A DNA stretch of 64,000 bases from an uncultured Candidatus Peribacteria bacterium (GCA_964430205.1 CAYSER010000002.1:17207-81206); one strand, 5' to 3'. Counted from the first letter of the stretch, positions 44,835 through 57,030 are shown. Notes: generated by a model not told the origin, from the sequence alone. Made by a program: numbers and translations.

Positions 44835-46556
44835 CTATCTTTTTGTCTTGAATTCCTGGGACATCTGTTTTTTTCTATAGGAATTGGCGAATCTATGTGC
44901 TTCATTCCTGGCTTTGAGGAACATCTTGTCTGCCTGGTCGTAGGCCATCGGGGTTCCGTGAATCTTGAGATGGTTGTCGAGGGTGTAGATGGTCTCTGTA
45001 ACGACCCCCTCTTCGTTTCTCCCCCTATCAGTGGAGCTTTTAGCTTTTCAGATCTTTGATTTGGTCCTGGCTTCGCCTTTGCCTAACGAAATGATATCCA
45101 TCTGATTTATTCTTTCTTTCCGTTCTGGATCCTTGCAGAGCTTCTTGATCACGCCGAGCTGGCCCTTGCCGCCATCCAATATCAAGAGATCCGGTAATTC
45201 AGTTCATGACTTGACTCTACGCTGGATCACCTCTTCGAGCGCTGCATAATCATCTGCCTGTTTGCTGTGGATCTTGTATCTGCGATAGCCTTTGGAATAG
45301 GGGAGTCAACCGACCAAGCAGGAAAGGCCTCCGCTAGACCGGCTTCCACTCATATGCGAGATATCTACGCATTCGATCCTATACGGGATTTTCTTGAGCC
45401 CGTATCTTGCTTTGAGCGTCTTGAACATGTCGTTGATGATAGCGGTCCCTTCTTGGAGCGAATGAGAGATGATGTATGATTCTAGGAAATTCTCGGCGAG
45501 CGCGAGGAGAGGCTTAGTGATTTTACCAACCCCCTTTTCGTTTTTCCCCCTGACAGGGGAATTCTTAGCATTTCAGGTTATTATAGTCTCATTTTTGTTT
45601 CTTTCGAGTATTCATTCGCCGAAGGTCCTTTGGATAGCGAGTTCAAGGCTGTCAGATTCCATGTCCTCGTTTTGCTGTTTGCTCGTGATGACATCCATGA
45701 GCTTGCCCTGGACAAAGACGAGTACGACGTAGATATGTTGGTTCCCGATCGTCTTGATCAATGCGAGATATCCATCTTTCTTGTCCTGCAAGACGACATC
45801 TTGCTTCTCGACGAATCCTTGGAGGGATCTGTAGATATCCCTGAGTTGTGCTGCTCGTTCGTAATTCTCGTGGATGACCGCTTCTTCGATCTGATGATGG
45901 ATCTCTTTTTCGATGGGCTTGGTATTGCCTTTGAAGAAAGAGGTTATGGTGGTTATGATGTTTGCGTAGTCTTTCTTCACATCCTCCGCCTCACGTTCGT
46001 TCGGCACCTTCTTTGTCAATGAGGCTTTTGGTCCTTTAGCCAATTTGCATCGGCCGCGGCAGAGTCAGAAATAGTAATCTGAACAGAGTTTACCCTGCCT
46101 GAATTGCGTATTTCTACATCCTTTGAATTGGAGGATCTGCCTCAGGTATTGGAGAAATCTCTTGAGCTGGATGGTATCGTTCTTTGGCCCTATGTAGAGC
46201 GCTCCGTCGTTGGATCTTTTCCTGGTCAGATAGATCTGTGGGAACGGTTCCTTGGTGATCTTGATATAGACGTAGCTATTGTCGGCTTTGAGCAGGTTAT
46301 TATATTCTGGCTGATGTTGCTTGATGAGATTATCTTCCAGATAGAGGGCCTCGCTCTCGTTCTTGACCATAAGGAAATCGACCTTGTCCGCCTTTTCCAG
46401 CATCTCCTGCTTCCAGAGCGAATTCGGCGAAAAATATTGGCTCAACCTTTTCTGCAAGTTCTTGGCTTTGCCGATATAGAGAATGGTGCCTTTCCTGTCT
46501 TTGAACAGGTAGACTCATGCATTAGACGGTATTTTGGCGATGTCGGTCGTAAACAT
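44835..46556 (-). CDS. uvrC: excinuclease ABC subunit C, short form without an obvious C-terminal HhH domain (573 aa)
   Basis: GIY-YIG motif: PSNA-G(TGA 46515..46517)-VYLFKDRKGTILYIGKAKNLQKRLSQYF. UVR-like ENYERAAQLRD. Endonuclease region IECVDISH...LILDGGKGQL...ARNEAHRFA. Frame scanned for TAA/TAG and none found before TAG 44835..44837. Confidence 0.85.
45000..45050 (-). repeat. 51-nt in-frame palindromic repeat, copy B, inside uvrC
   Basis: Minus strand TGAAAAGCTAAAAGCTCCACTGATAGGGGGAGAAACGAAGAGGGGGTCGTT, encoding GKAKSSTDRGRNEEGVV. Confidence 0.8.
45525..45575 (-). repeat. 51-nt in-frame palindromic repeat, copy A, inside uvrC
   Basis: Minus strand TGAAATGCTAAGAATTCCCCTGTCAGGGGGAAAAACGAAAAGGGGGTTGGT, encoding GNAKNSPVRGKNEKGVG. 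About 40 of 51 nt are identical to copy B. Contains the CCCCTgtcAGGGG inverted repeat. Confidence 0.8.
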
Positions 46557-46567
46557 CTATTCCTAAG

Positions 46568-46607
46568 AATTTATAATTTATAATTTAAAATTTAGAATTT
46601 AGAATTC
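46568..46607. repeat. about 5.7 x 7-nt tandem repeat (AATTTAD) just upstream of the uvrC start
   Basis: aatttat aatttat aatttaa aatttag aatttag aattc. Confidence 0.85.
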
Positions 46608-46717
46608 TTGTAGTCTTTCGGTATAGGGTAGTGGATGGAGCGAAAATTTCAAGCGTTCTTGGTCTTGAAATCATCGCTAAAATACTTATACATAATTTAA
46701 ACAAATTATATTGACTT

Positions 46718-46966
46718 ATGACAAAATCTATTAATTTGAAAAAGGAAAGCTTTTTCATCGTCATGATCGAGGTAACTTTCATGTTTCTCGGCAAGTTCTT
46801 TTCCTGGGCAATGCCCGTTCTTGTTGTTGTGATGGGGTTGGGTCTTGCGTTGAGAACATTCTTCCTTTCTGACTGGTCCGGACGGATTCTGTTCGCACTG
46901 CTTAGTAGCATAGTGCTCACTATCGGAATTCTTCTCTTCAGGCAGAGACGAAACCTTGATTGGTAA
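46718..46966 (+). CDS. small membrane protein (82 aa)
   Basis: Uninterrupted ORF with two or three hydrophobic segments and a TAA stop. Followed by the hairpin AAGCCG...CGGCTT plus a T-run (46988..47015). Confidence 0.5.
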   Translation: MTKSINLKKESFFIVMIEVTFMFLGKFFSWAMPVLVVVMGLGLALRTFFLSDWSGRILFALLSSIVLTIGILLFRQRRNLDW

Positions 46967-47111
46967 TGATCTGGTATCACCATCGATAAGCCGCGGTATC
47001 CCGTCGGCTTTTTTTACATTTTCTCTTATCGCCGATATCTTCAGTGAAGCAAACAAAAAAACCTTGCTGCGAGCAAGATCCTTTTGTATCTCTATAAGAT
47101 GTTTACCTAGT

Positions 47112-48212
47112 TTATTTCTTAGAGGTCTTCACGAGTTCGTAAACGCCTTTCTCCACTCTCTTGAAAAGATTCTTGTATTTCTGGAGATTGAGCATGACGG
47201 TATTTGGACTGACCATTTTCTCTTTGAGCATCTCTTTGCAGAGCTCCTTGACGTTCATCGCTCTATCATTCCTTTCGAAGATCCTTACGAGGATTTCCTT
47301 GACCATGCCGCCTTCATATCCTCGCTCCTTGAGTCCGTAGATTCCGAGTCCGAGATTGACGAAAAGGTCATTGTTCTTGACCAGTTCGTTGTGGACGGTA
47401 TTGATCTTGACTGCTTTGGCAGGGAACCGTTCCATGATCTTTGCTGGAAGCTCTTGGTAGTGGACTGGCTTATTTATCCTTCTCATAGTGTAGAGGATCT
47501 TGAGTTTGATAGTCTTTGGATTCACATCAGCGAAATTCGGCAATCCGATCTTTCCATCGAATACGTTGATCTCCCTGATAGCGTCGAAGAAGTTTACGTA
47601 GAAGAGATCGTTCTTCATATAATGAACATCTTTGTAATCTTTTGCAAAATTCTCTTTCATTCGTCCGATGAATTCGTAGAGATCCTGACTCTTTGCTCTC
47701 TTTTCGAAGTAAGAGCTGATAGTGAGCACCATCTTAGTCAATAAGTCTTCATATAACGGTTCGAGGTAGAATGCTTTGTTGAGATATTTGTTCCTCTTGA
47801 GATAGGTCACGTCGAAGTCGGAGACCAGAATCAATTTGAGTTCTTGTTTGGTGAACTTGAATATGTTCTTGTTTACCAGCTTAGCGATCAATACGTCTTC
47901 GCAGAGCAATCCTCCATGGACATCCAAGACTTTCTTTGCTTCTTGGAGCACTTCCATATAGGTATCGTTGCCCACGATGAGTCTTCTGAATCTCATCAGC
48001 GCTTGCGTTTCTATCTGTCTGATTCTTTCTCTCGTTAAAGAATATTCCTTTCCGATCCTTTGAAGCGGAGTCTCTTTGGACCCATCGAGTCCGAACTTCT
48101 TCATGAGCACGAGCCTTTCTTTCGGCTTGCAGTAGATCAGAATATCCTTGAGATTCGTCTTCTCAATATCGACCTTAAGCTTCTTGTCATCCATCTTTAC
48201 GTTGAAATTCAT
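47112..48212 (-). CDS. sigma-70 region-4-like HTH plus HARE-HTH domain protein (366 aa)
   Basis: Uninterrupted ORF with a TAA stop. LQRIGKEYSLTRERIRQIETQALMRFRR is a region-4-type HTH. The C-terminal half has two HARE-HTH-like units (...FVNLGLGIYGLKERGY; ...FKRVEKGVYEL). Confidence 0.65.
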   Translation of the reverse strand: MNFNVKMDDKKLKVDIEKTNLKDILIYCKPKERLVLMKKFGLDGSKETPLQRIGKEYSLTRERIRQIETQALMRFRRLIVGNDTYMEVLQEAKKVLDVHGGLLCEDVLIAKLVNKNIFKFTKQELKLILVSDFDVTYLKRNKYLNKAFYLEPLYEDLLTKMVLTISSYFEKRAKSQDLYEFIGRMKENFAKDYKDVHYMKNDLFYVNFFDAIREINVFDGKIGLPNFADVNPKTIKLKILYTMRRINKPVHYQELPAKIMERFPAKAVKINTVHNELVKNNDLFVNLGLGIYGLKERGYEGGMVKEILVRIFERNDRAMNVKELCKEMLKEKMVSPNTVMLNLQKYKNLFKRVEKGVYELVKTSKK

Positions 48213-48353
48213 GAGGATTGGATTTTAGATAAATAAAATCTGACTATATTTGCAGATAATGTTTTTTTACTGTCAAAGTATTAAGAATTTGCCTTGTAAT
48301 GTCAAGAGATTGTTCGGCTATTTTATTTGCTCTTTTTCCAATCGAGACCTCGG

Positions 48354-49463
48354 TTATACATTGAATTTGAAGATGATACAGTCCCCATCTTGCACGATAT
48401 ATTCCTTACCCTCAAGTTTCACTAATCATTTCTCTTTTGCCTTGGTCCATGATCCTTGCGTCAAGAGATCGTCATATTTGACGACTTCGGCTTTGATGAA
48501 TCCTTTTTCGAAGTCGGTATGGATGGCTCCTGCTGCCTGTGGCGCTGTAGATCCGATAGGTATCGTCCATGATTTGGTCTCCTTCTCTCCGGTCGTGAAG
48601 TAATACATCAATCCTACTTTTTCGAAGCTCAGTTTGATCAGGTCGTTGAGCGTTGGGATGTGTACGACTTTATCAACATTTATCAATTCCCTGATGAATG
48701 CGTCTTTTTCGTCATCTTCCATGCCCATCATCTCGGATTCTAGCTTTGCGCAAACGATAGCGACAGGACTTTGGAGCTTGTCCATGAATTCCTGCTCGAT
48801 CTCGTGAGCATATGCGATATCGTCTTGGCCGATATTGATTGCATAGACGATTGGTTTCGTAGTCAGTAGGTTATATGTTTTGAGCAATTTCTGATCGTCT
48901 TTGTTCAGCTTTTCATTGATATTGTGTGCGATTTTCCCTTGGATCAATGCATTTTGGATCTCCATCAGTATCTCCACCAATCTGATCTCCTCCTTGGTGC
49001 CGTTACCCATTTTCGCCTTCTTGGCGAGATTCGGGAGATTCCTCTCGATGACCTCCAGGTCGGCGAATATCAATTCCGTATTGATGATCTCTATATCCCT
49101 CATAGGATCGACTGCTCATTCGACATGAACGACTTCGCTGTCCTTGAAATATCTCAATACTTGTACAATCGCATCAACCTCTCTGATGTGCGAGAGAAAC
49201 TTATTCCCCAGTCCTTCACCTTTGCTTGCTCCTTTGACGAGCCCTGCGATATCGACGAACTCGATGTGCGAATAGACTTTTTTCTTGGACTGAGAAAGCT
49301 CTGCCAACTTATCCACTCTCGGATCCTTGACGTCGACGATGCCGATATTGGGATCGATGGTGCAGAATGGGAAATTCTCTGCGGGAGCGGCGTATGATTT
49401 CGTCAATGCATTGAAGAGCGTGGATTTTCCGACGTTCGGGAGGCCTACTATTCCTATCTTCAT
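48354..49463 (-). CDS. ychF: redox-regulated/ribosome-binding ATPase YchF
   Basis: [27 protein letters not shown](TGA 49116..49118)[15 protein letters not shown]. The C-terminus is restored by reading TGA 48426..48428: ...[19 protein letters not shown] then TAA. Confidence 0.9.
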
Positions 49464-49470
49464 TTCATTT

Positions 49471-49505
49471 CAACTAACAACTAAAAACGAACAACTAACA
49501 ATTAT
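49471..49505. repeat. 5 x 7-nt tandem repeat (CAACTAA) immediately upstream of the ychF start
   Basis: caactaa caactaa aaacgaa caactaa caattat. Confidence 0.8.
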
Positions 49506-49535
49506 GGAATTGATGTTTGATTACAAATTATTTCG

Positions 49536-50576
49536 CTAATTAATTTCGATATCTATATGTCTCGCTTGCGGGAATTTTTCTTTGATCTTTTTCTCTATCG
49601 CATCGATCTTAGTCCCGATGATTCTCGGAACTCTCCTGGTATAATCGATGCAGAATTCCAGGAAGTCGCTATAGCTCTCTTTCACTTCCTTGTACTCGTT
49701 CCTGAGGAAGTTATTCCTGTTGATCTCTTTGAGCAATCCTGTTCCGTTGCATTCTATCTCGCATTTGATGTGATAAGTATCCATATCAAGCATTGTGGAT
49801 TTGAAATCCAATACTCTTTCTACGATCTCGTCCTGTTCCAGGAGCTCGATGATGCCTTCTTTGATCTCTTTAGGGATGGATTGGCCTATCAGGAGTTTCC
49901 TATTTTTATCGATAAGGACGACCGCCATGAATCCAAGAAGGATTCCTATGATGATGGAGGTTATCGAATCCCGTATCGGATTGTTTGTTATATACGATAG
50001 TATCAGTCCTGTAGCTGCTATAAACACACCGATAACTGCGATGCTGTCTTCGTAGACGACAGCTAAGGTGATCGTATCTGCGTATTTAAACATCTGTTTC
50101 CGTTTCCTGTGCGCCGATGTTTTCACTATCTCATTGAGAGCTATTCCCAATGTGGTGGATTCCACGACGAACGCTATTGCCAGGATGATGAAGGTCCGTT
50201 GGCTGATATAGATTGGTTCAGGATGGATAAATGTCATGATGCCATGGTAGGTTGTCACTCATGCACCTATGAAGAAGATACCGCATGCTGAGATTAATGC
50301 CCGCAGGAATCTCTCTTTCTTGTATCCATAACTGAATGTATCGGTAGCTTGCTTGGTCGAGCGTTTGACGCCGATCATCAATAATGCCTGATTGGAGGTA
50401 TCAGCGAAACTGTGGATGGACTCCGAGAAGAGGGATCATGATCCAGAAGCCAAAAACCCTAGGAATTTGATGATGGCAATGAGAGTATTTCCTATGACTG
50501 CGGCGAATACCGATAATTGTCCTCTCTGACGTTTGATCTGCTTGTGCATACTACTCTTGCTATCATGTAAAGACAT
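49536..50576 (-). CDS. cation diffusion facilitator family transporter (346 aa)
   Basis: Track ORF 49536..50258 extended through TGA codons to ATG 50576 (50549 is an alternative). SESIHSFADTSNQALLMIGVKRSTKQATDTFSYGYKKERF matches CDF TM2-TM3 signatures. TAG stop. Confidence 0.8.
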
Positions 50577-50615
50577 TAAGGCAGAGAATCTTTTCCGCTT
50601 TATTCTCTTCCTCCC

Positions 50616-51224
50616 TTACTCTGTTTTTATTATATAGGTCTCCTTGCTCTCTTTCCTGCTTGCCTGCGGCTTGAGCATCTTGATATGCTTGGCTCAGAAT
50701 GTCTGCTTCATCTCTTTTACGAATTCCTCGAATCACGGTCCCATGAAGAGCTTAAGAACGAATTTTCCTTCAGGCTTCAGATGATTTTTCAGGATGGGTT
50801 TCACATATTCCAGGAGCTCGAAGAGCCTGATTGCATCGACATCCTTGGCTCACGTCGTATTGGGTGCCATATCCGATTGGATGAGATCCACCTGCTGTAT
50901 TCCGTTCTCTTCAAGGATGTGGTTGATGTGCTCCTTATCAGTGATATCTGCTTTGTATGTAAGCACTCATGGCATATTGAGCTGCATATCCTTGATGTCC
51001 ACTCCTATTATCTTGTAGTCGCGGATATTGTGTTTCTTCGCTTGCGCCGCTGCATATTGTATCCGGCTGCCAGGCGCGCATCCGATATCCAAGATCGTCT
51101 TTGTGTTTTTGTCGAAGAGATGAAATTTCTCCTGGATCTCTTCCAACTTGTAAGCGCTTCTGGCTTTGTATCATTCTTTCTTTGCTTGTTTGAAATAGTG
51201 ATCCTGATATTTGAATTTGAACAT
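50616..51224 (-). CDS. rlmE: 23S rRNA 2'-O-ribose methyltransferase RlmE/FtsJ (202 aa)
   Basis: Not in the track as one ORF (five TGA). KKE-G(TGA)-YKARSAYKLEEIQ. ILDIGCAPGS SAM motif. SDMAPNTT-G(TGA). FVLKLFMGP. TAA 50616..50618. Confidence 0.85.
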
Positions 51225-51526
51225 GACTTATGAATATTAATTTTAAATTCTCATTTATCTTTGTTAGTTTGTCGTGGGTCGGAGATTGCTGGCGAGCACG
51301 GTAAGTATAGATATTCCCAGGGTATCGAATATCTTGATACGTTTCGGAGCAGCATGCATCTCTGGCACTGTCATAGTTGCTGATTTCCTGATTTGTTGAT
51401 AGGGTTCCTATTGCTCATACGATTCATGAGCTGGCAAATGCAAAAAAATATATAGCAATTCACCTGCTGAAAACAATATGCTTTAGCCCCAAAACCAATG
51501 CATAAATCTTGGTGCATGGATCTTGA

Positions 51527-52123
51527 TTATCTGATCACGAATTTTTGGAGCTCTTTCTTCGTTTTCTTGTAGTCCGGGCAAAGCGTTTCCACTAGCGCTC
51601 GGAATCTTTCGCTGTGGTTTTTGATCTTGAGGTGACATGCCTCATGGATGATGACATATCTGATGAATTTGGTCGGTAGATGAATGAGATCCAGGTTGAG
51701 CGATATCTTCTGATCATGGGTGCAGCTTCATCGTTTGGACGTCGTTTTCCTGATCGTAATTTTCTGATACGATTTCCCTATCTTTTTGCTGCATTCATCG
51801 AGGATGGGTTTCGCATATTCTTCCAAAATCGATTTCAATAATTTGGAATTTGAAATTTGGAATTTGGAATTTGAAAAATGTTTTGGATAGAGTTCTTTTA
51901 TATCATCGAGCGGTACCTGTTCGCCAAAGAGTACGATATGATCCTGTTGTATAGCATCGATATGCGTCCTTTTGTTATAGTTCTTGAGTAATTTCTCCCC
52001 CTTCTCGATCATGATCTCTTCGAATTTCGTGCCTTTCTTGAAAAGGGGAATGGTGATCAGCAGGTTGCCTTCCTTATCTATCCTTGCGTATCCGTGTCTG
52101 GTGTTCTTATATATTATGTCCAT
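51527..52123 (-). CDS. YgjP/DUF45-family metallopeptidase-like protein (198 aa)
   Basis: Track ORF 51728..52123 continues through TGA: TSKR-G(TGA)-SC..., VIIHEACHLKIKNHS (HExxH). TAA 51527..51529. Confidence 0.8.
51840..51874. repeat. 5 x 7-nt tandem repeat (AATTTGR) inside the DUF45 CDS
   Basis: aatttgg aatttga aatttgg aatttgg aatttga. Translated on the minus strand as ...FSNSKFQISNSKL... Confidence 0.85.
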
Positions 52124-52131
52124 GATGAAGT

Positions 52132-52163
52132 GTTGAAATGATTAAGCGTTGAAATGATTAAGC
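52132..52163. repeat. 2 x 16-nt tandem repeat (GTTGAAATGATTAAGC) upstream of the DUF45 start
   Basis: Exact duplication beginning 9 nt upstream of ATG 52123. Confidence 0.85.
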
Positions 52164-52411
52164 CACTATATGGTTTAGCGTGTCCAAGGCAATGATTTTT
52201 TCATTGTCTCTATTTGCATATATCTTGCTATTTTTGAGTAAATATGTATATACTCCGCATAAACATAATCATCAAACAAAATCACTATGACAGGATAAGA
52301 CAACGGAACATTTTCCATCGGAAGGGTAGCATTCTCCCGCCATATTCATTCCAGGAATGGATCACTGACGCAATGCAAAAAAATAACATAATAAAAAAAC
52401 GCTAATTTAAT

Positions 52412-52771
52412 ATGAGAAAACATGTAAAATCACCGAAAACTTCATGCTCTTCTGAGCAAGAGCAATCAGCATTGTACTACGCTGATAAAACACAGTACAC
52501 ACCCACCTTTGCAGACCTCTTCCCAAGATTCAAGGAAATGGTCATGACGGCTTCGACCCCGGTCGACTACCATCAAACGCAATCGGGGAACGGCATGTTG
52601 CCCACTCCCGTGGCTACGGCTTCAGGCAATGCTTCGCCTTCGTATCATTATGATGCTACGTATGTACGCACCACCAAGAGACTTACGAGCGCTCCTGTGA
52701 CGAACGAAGAACATTACTTGGCTACCGGCGGGATTATCTATTCCCTACCTCCTCATTTCCATAGGACGTAG
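52412..52771 (+). CDS. hypothetical protein (119 aa)
   Basis: Uninterrupted ATG...TAG ORF with no recognisable motif. The composition looks slightly GC-richer than the surroundings by eye. Confidence 0.4.
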   Translation: MRKHVKSPKTSCSSEQEQSALYYADKTQYTPTFADLFPRFKEMVMTASTPVDYHQTQSGNGMLPTPVATASGNASPSYHYDATYVRTTKRLTSAPVTNEEHYLATGGIIYSLPPHFHRT

Positions 52772-52981
52772 TGGTGAAGGGCAACATCTCCATCGCCTGC
52801 AAAAGGGCGATATACAGCAATACTTGCCATAGCATGCTGTGGTAAAGGACTAGGGTCGGAATTTCTGTACCCTTTTTCTTTTTCTTTTTCTTTTTCTCCG
52901 CTCCCTACCTCTTTTTGATTATGTATTGACTTTTGTATTAAAATATATATAATCAATCTTCACCCATAAAATATATTGCTT

Positions 52982-53188
52982 ATGCTTTTAGGCGAATTGC
53001 GGGAGATCCTATTGATGAAATTACATCCGGATCTTTCCGCTGACGATCTGCTCAAGATTCATCATGATATCAGGCAGATCATGGATATGCTTTCCAAGCA
53101 GTTTGAAATTCCTCGTGCATCACTGTTTTTGCTCAAGGATGATCAACTCTGCTCGGATGAGCTGACGAAGTATGTCAACAATCTATAA
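52982..53188 (+). CDS. small hypothetical protein (68 aa)
   Basis: ATG within track ORF 52976..53188. TAA stop, followed immediately by a terminator. Confidence 0.4.
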   Translation: MLLGELREILLMKLHPDLSADDLLKIHHDIRQIMDMLSKQFEIPRASLFLLKDDQLCSDELTKYVNNL

Positions 53189-53191
53189 TCT

Positions 53192-53216
53192 AACCTCTGT
53201 ATCAGAGGTTTTTTTT
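53192..53216. terminator. bidirectional rho-independent terminator between convergent genes
   Basis: AACCTCTG-tat-CAGAGGTT followed by a T-run on the plus strand. It abuts the kinase stop codon. Confidence 0.65.
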
Positions 53217-54291
53217 AATAATACAATTCATGCGGTTCCCTTTTTGGCGGACTTGCGGTCAGGCTTTTGATGATTGCACAGATGTTGCTGTCGGGCACGT
53301 ACGTTTCGTGTTCGTCGCCATACGGTCATTCTCACCTTTGATATTCCTTATTCCTCTGCCCGGATTCCGATTTGATCGCCTTGCCGAAATCGATGATCAC
53401 CGGTATGATCTTATTGTCTCTGGAGAGGAACATAATATTCCCTGGATTGCCTCCTAAGTCTCTATGAAACAGTCAATCTTCGTGGCATGCGTACAGAAAA
53501 TCTTTCACTTTCTGTTGTATCTCCCATCCTTCGTTCATCCCGAAAATAGGTCCGTGCAATGTGTTGTCGTAATAGATATTCTGTATGATGTTGTCGAATG
53601 ATTGCTTATTGAGCAATGCGATGCCCACTCCCGTATATTTTTTGATCATCGGTTCCATGTGCTCATTGAGCATCTCGATGATCTTGAACATCACATTCCT
53701 GGCTTCTTTGTCTGTGGCAAAATCGAATCTGCTCGCTTTGTTGATGTTACTCTTGTCTCTATGCTTATTTACGCCTTTCAAATGCTCAAAGAATTTTGGG
53801 TATTTTTCGTGGAATCTCTCATAGAACGTTTCGGCTATCTTCTCCATCTTGAGATTGAACAACGTTTTTCCGTTTACGAATTCCATCAAGAAATATTTTC
53901 CGTCATTCGTTTCCACTTTCCCTAGGATATTGGGCACCTCTACTCATATTTCGCTCTTTTTTTTGGCTATGGCTGAGAATTCCTTGTGCATTTTTATCTC
54001 CTCTTCGATCTGTTCATCGAAACGTCTCTTGATCGCTAGCAGTACTTTCTTCTTATGGTCAGGCATCTCTATCTCAACCTTGTAGACTGTTCATTCCATG
54101 CCTTCTCCTATGTATTCCATATCATTCTGCTCTATCTTCTCTCTCGTCTGATCGTAGATATATTTCCCTATATTAAAAATCTCTTCTTCATTTGCCATTA
54201 TCTGACGAAGGTGTTTTTTTACGTTCTTGGTTATCAATCCTGCTTTCGGATTTGTTTCCGGCTCTTTTTCAGGTGTTTTTTTGAGACCCAT
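53215..54291 (-). CDS. eukaryotic-like Ser/Thr protein kinase (358 aa)
   Basis: Joins 54091..54291 and 53473..53937 plus a tail. P-loop IGEGME-G(TGA 54091..54093)-TVYKV, LAIKR, HRDLGGNPGNIMF, IIDFG. TAA 53215..53217. Confidence 0.8.
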
Positions 54292-54363
54292 ACTTTCGTT
54301 TTCGGGTAAATATTTACTGTTTAAGTATATTCCCGAAAGCGATGTTTGTCAAATTTCGGATTA

Positions 54364-54390
54364 TAAAAAAACCTGCCGTCAAGGCAGGTT
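54364..54390 (-). terminator. rho-independent terminator after eno
   Basis: Minus strand AACCTGCC-ttgac-GGCAGGTT followed by T7. Confidence 0.65.
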
Positions 54391-54411
54391 CGTTGTCTTA
54401 GCTTTCTTGGA

Positions 54412-55755
<1,344 letters not shown>

Positions 55756-55925
55756 TTATCATGATTTATTGCAAGAAAAAACTTCGGATTGAGAAACCCA
55801 TGTAAAACCGTATAAGGCTTAACATATAATGCCGTACGGTAGTTATACATTGTTTCTATCATTGTCGTTAATCCCTCCGTGCCGGATTCCATTGCATTGC
55901 ATTTTTAGTCGCTAATTGTAGAGCC

Positions 55926-56417
55926 ATGTCCGCAACACTTACCGATACCGAAAATTTCAAGATATCCAGCGCTTCATGGAAGGTAGAGGATGCTATAGGC
56001 GTTGTCAATGGACATAGGGTTTCCATCAAGGTCAAGATCCATCCTGACGGCGATGTCTGGGAGTATGTCAGCGGCGTTCCTGCAGAATATATCGGTCAGC
56101 AGCTTTTCACTTATCAAGCTGCTCATAGAGAGTGCTCCAAATCCAGCGTATCTTTACCGGAGGATGTATCCGCTTTGGAATCGATCATTTCTAGCATGCC
56201 TGGTGCTACTCAACAACAGCAATATCAGAACTATCTTTCCACCGCAACCATAAAATATTCATGATGTTATTCTTCATGATTGCATGTATTCGATGATATC
56301 GGCATACGGTCCTACTATCGGCTTGCTGATGGTACCCGTCTAGCACTCGGTCCGACGACTTGGAATGTAGCGAGAAGAGATGAAAGTATGTGATATATGA
56401 TCAGTTTGGGGAAATAA
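55926..56417 (+). CDS. hypothetical protein (163 aa)
   Basis: Track ORF 55926..56264 continues through three TGA to TAA 56415..56417. No confident family call. Confidence 0.5.
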
Positions 56418-56432
56418 TCTTTTTTGTGTTTT

Positions 56433-56978
56433 TTAGGTGTCTAGATATTCCTTCAGTTTGTCTAATGCTATCCTTCTCATACTTATCTCGTTTTTCTCTT
56501 CCTTGTCCATGGCTCCATACGGTTTATCATGTCCATCCGGTTGGAAGATGCCATCTCGTCAGAAATCGGTAGGTACCGGTTCGACGATAGTCCCTTCGAC
56601 AGTCCCTTCGAAGAATTTGATGTTGTCCGCATGTTCGGCATAACCGATGAGTACGGTAGCTCTCGCCTTGTGATTTATGTAATGCTTTGCTAATTCGTAG
56701 AGTCCTTCGTCCTTGAGCTCATGAAGGAATCGCTTGATCAGCGGTCAAGGGAGCTTCCCTCCAAGGCAATCGAAATAGAGCGAGGTATCTTCGATAAGAA
56801 TAGGCCCTTTGTGATGTTTCAACGCTTCTTGGATCTTGTGCCTGATGATCTTTTGTGCGTCGATCTCTTGGAGTTCTGGCAAGTCGATATCGAGTTGTTC
56901 GATATTCCCTTTGCCCAATATCTGTTCAAATTCCTTGAACTTGTTCTTGTTGCCTGTGATGAAATACAACATTATCAT
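56433..56978 (-). CDS. non-canonical purine NTP pyrophosphatase (Ham1/RdgB family, 181 aa)
   Basis: MIMLYFITGNKNKFKEF. ILIEDTSLYFDCLGGKLP-G(TGA)-PLIKRF. Continues to TAA 56433..56435. Confidence 0.8.
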
Positions 56979-57030
56979 GAATGTGGAAGGTAAAATACAT
57001 ACTTCAGAAAGATTCCTACAGGATTTAAGA

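Noticed and set aside
47112-48212. Genes with no TGA at all (this 366-aa HTH protein, 58367..58948 and 508..1476) as candidates for recent transfer from standard-code donors.
   Set aside because: With roughly one in five Gly codons being TGA in neighbouring genes, and only 12-16 Gly in these proteins, complete absence is only marginally unlikely (a few percent each). That is not enough evidence from one window.
51225-51526. A 300-nt gap with no assigned gene (likewise 23206..23464), considered as a possible ncRNA or tRNA locus.
   Set aside because: I could not find tRNA T-loop or acceptor signatures, RNase P, SRP or tmRNA hallmarks, or a convincing ORF. The best candidate is a 36-codon ORF. 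It is left unannotated, and a covariance-model scan would settle it.
52412-53188. Two small ORFs and a (CTTTTT)4 hexamer repeat (about 52872..52897) as a small foreign insert or mobile element.
   Set aside because: No inverted or direct terminal repeats, integrase or transposase are visible. The composition difference is only an impression by eye. They are kept as low-confidence hypothetical genes.
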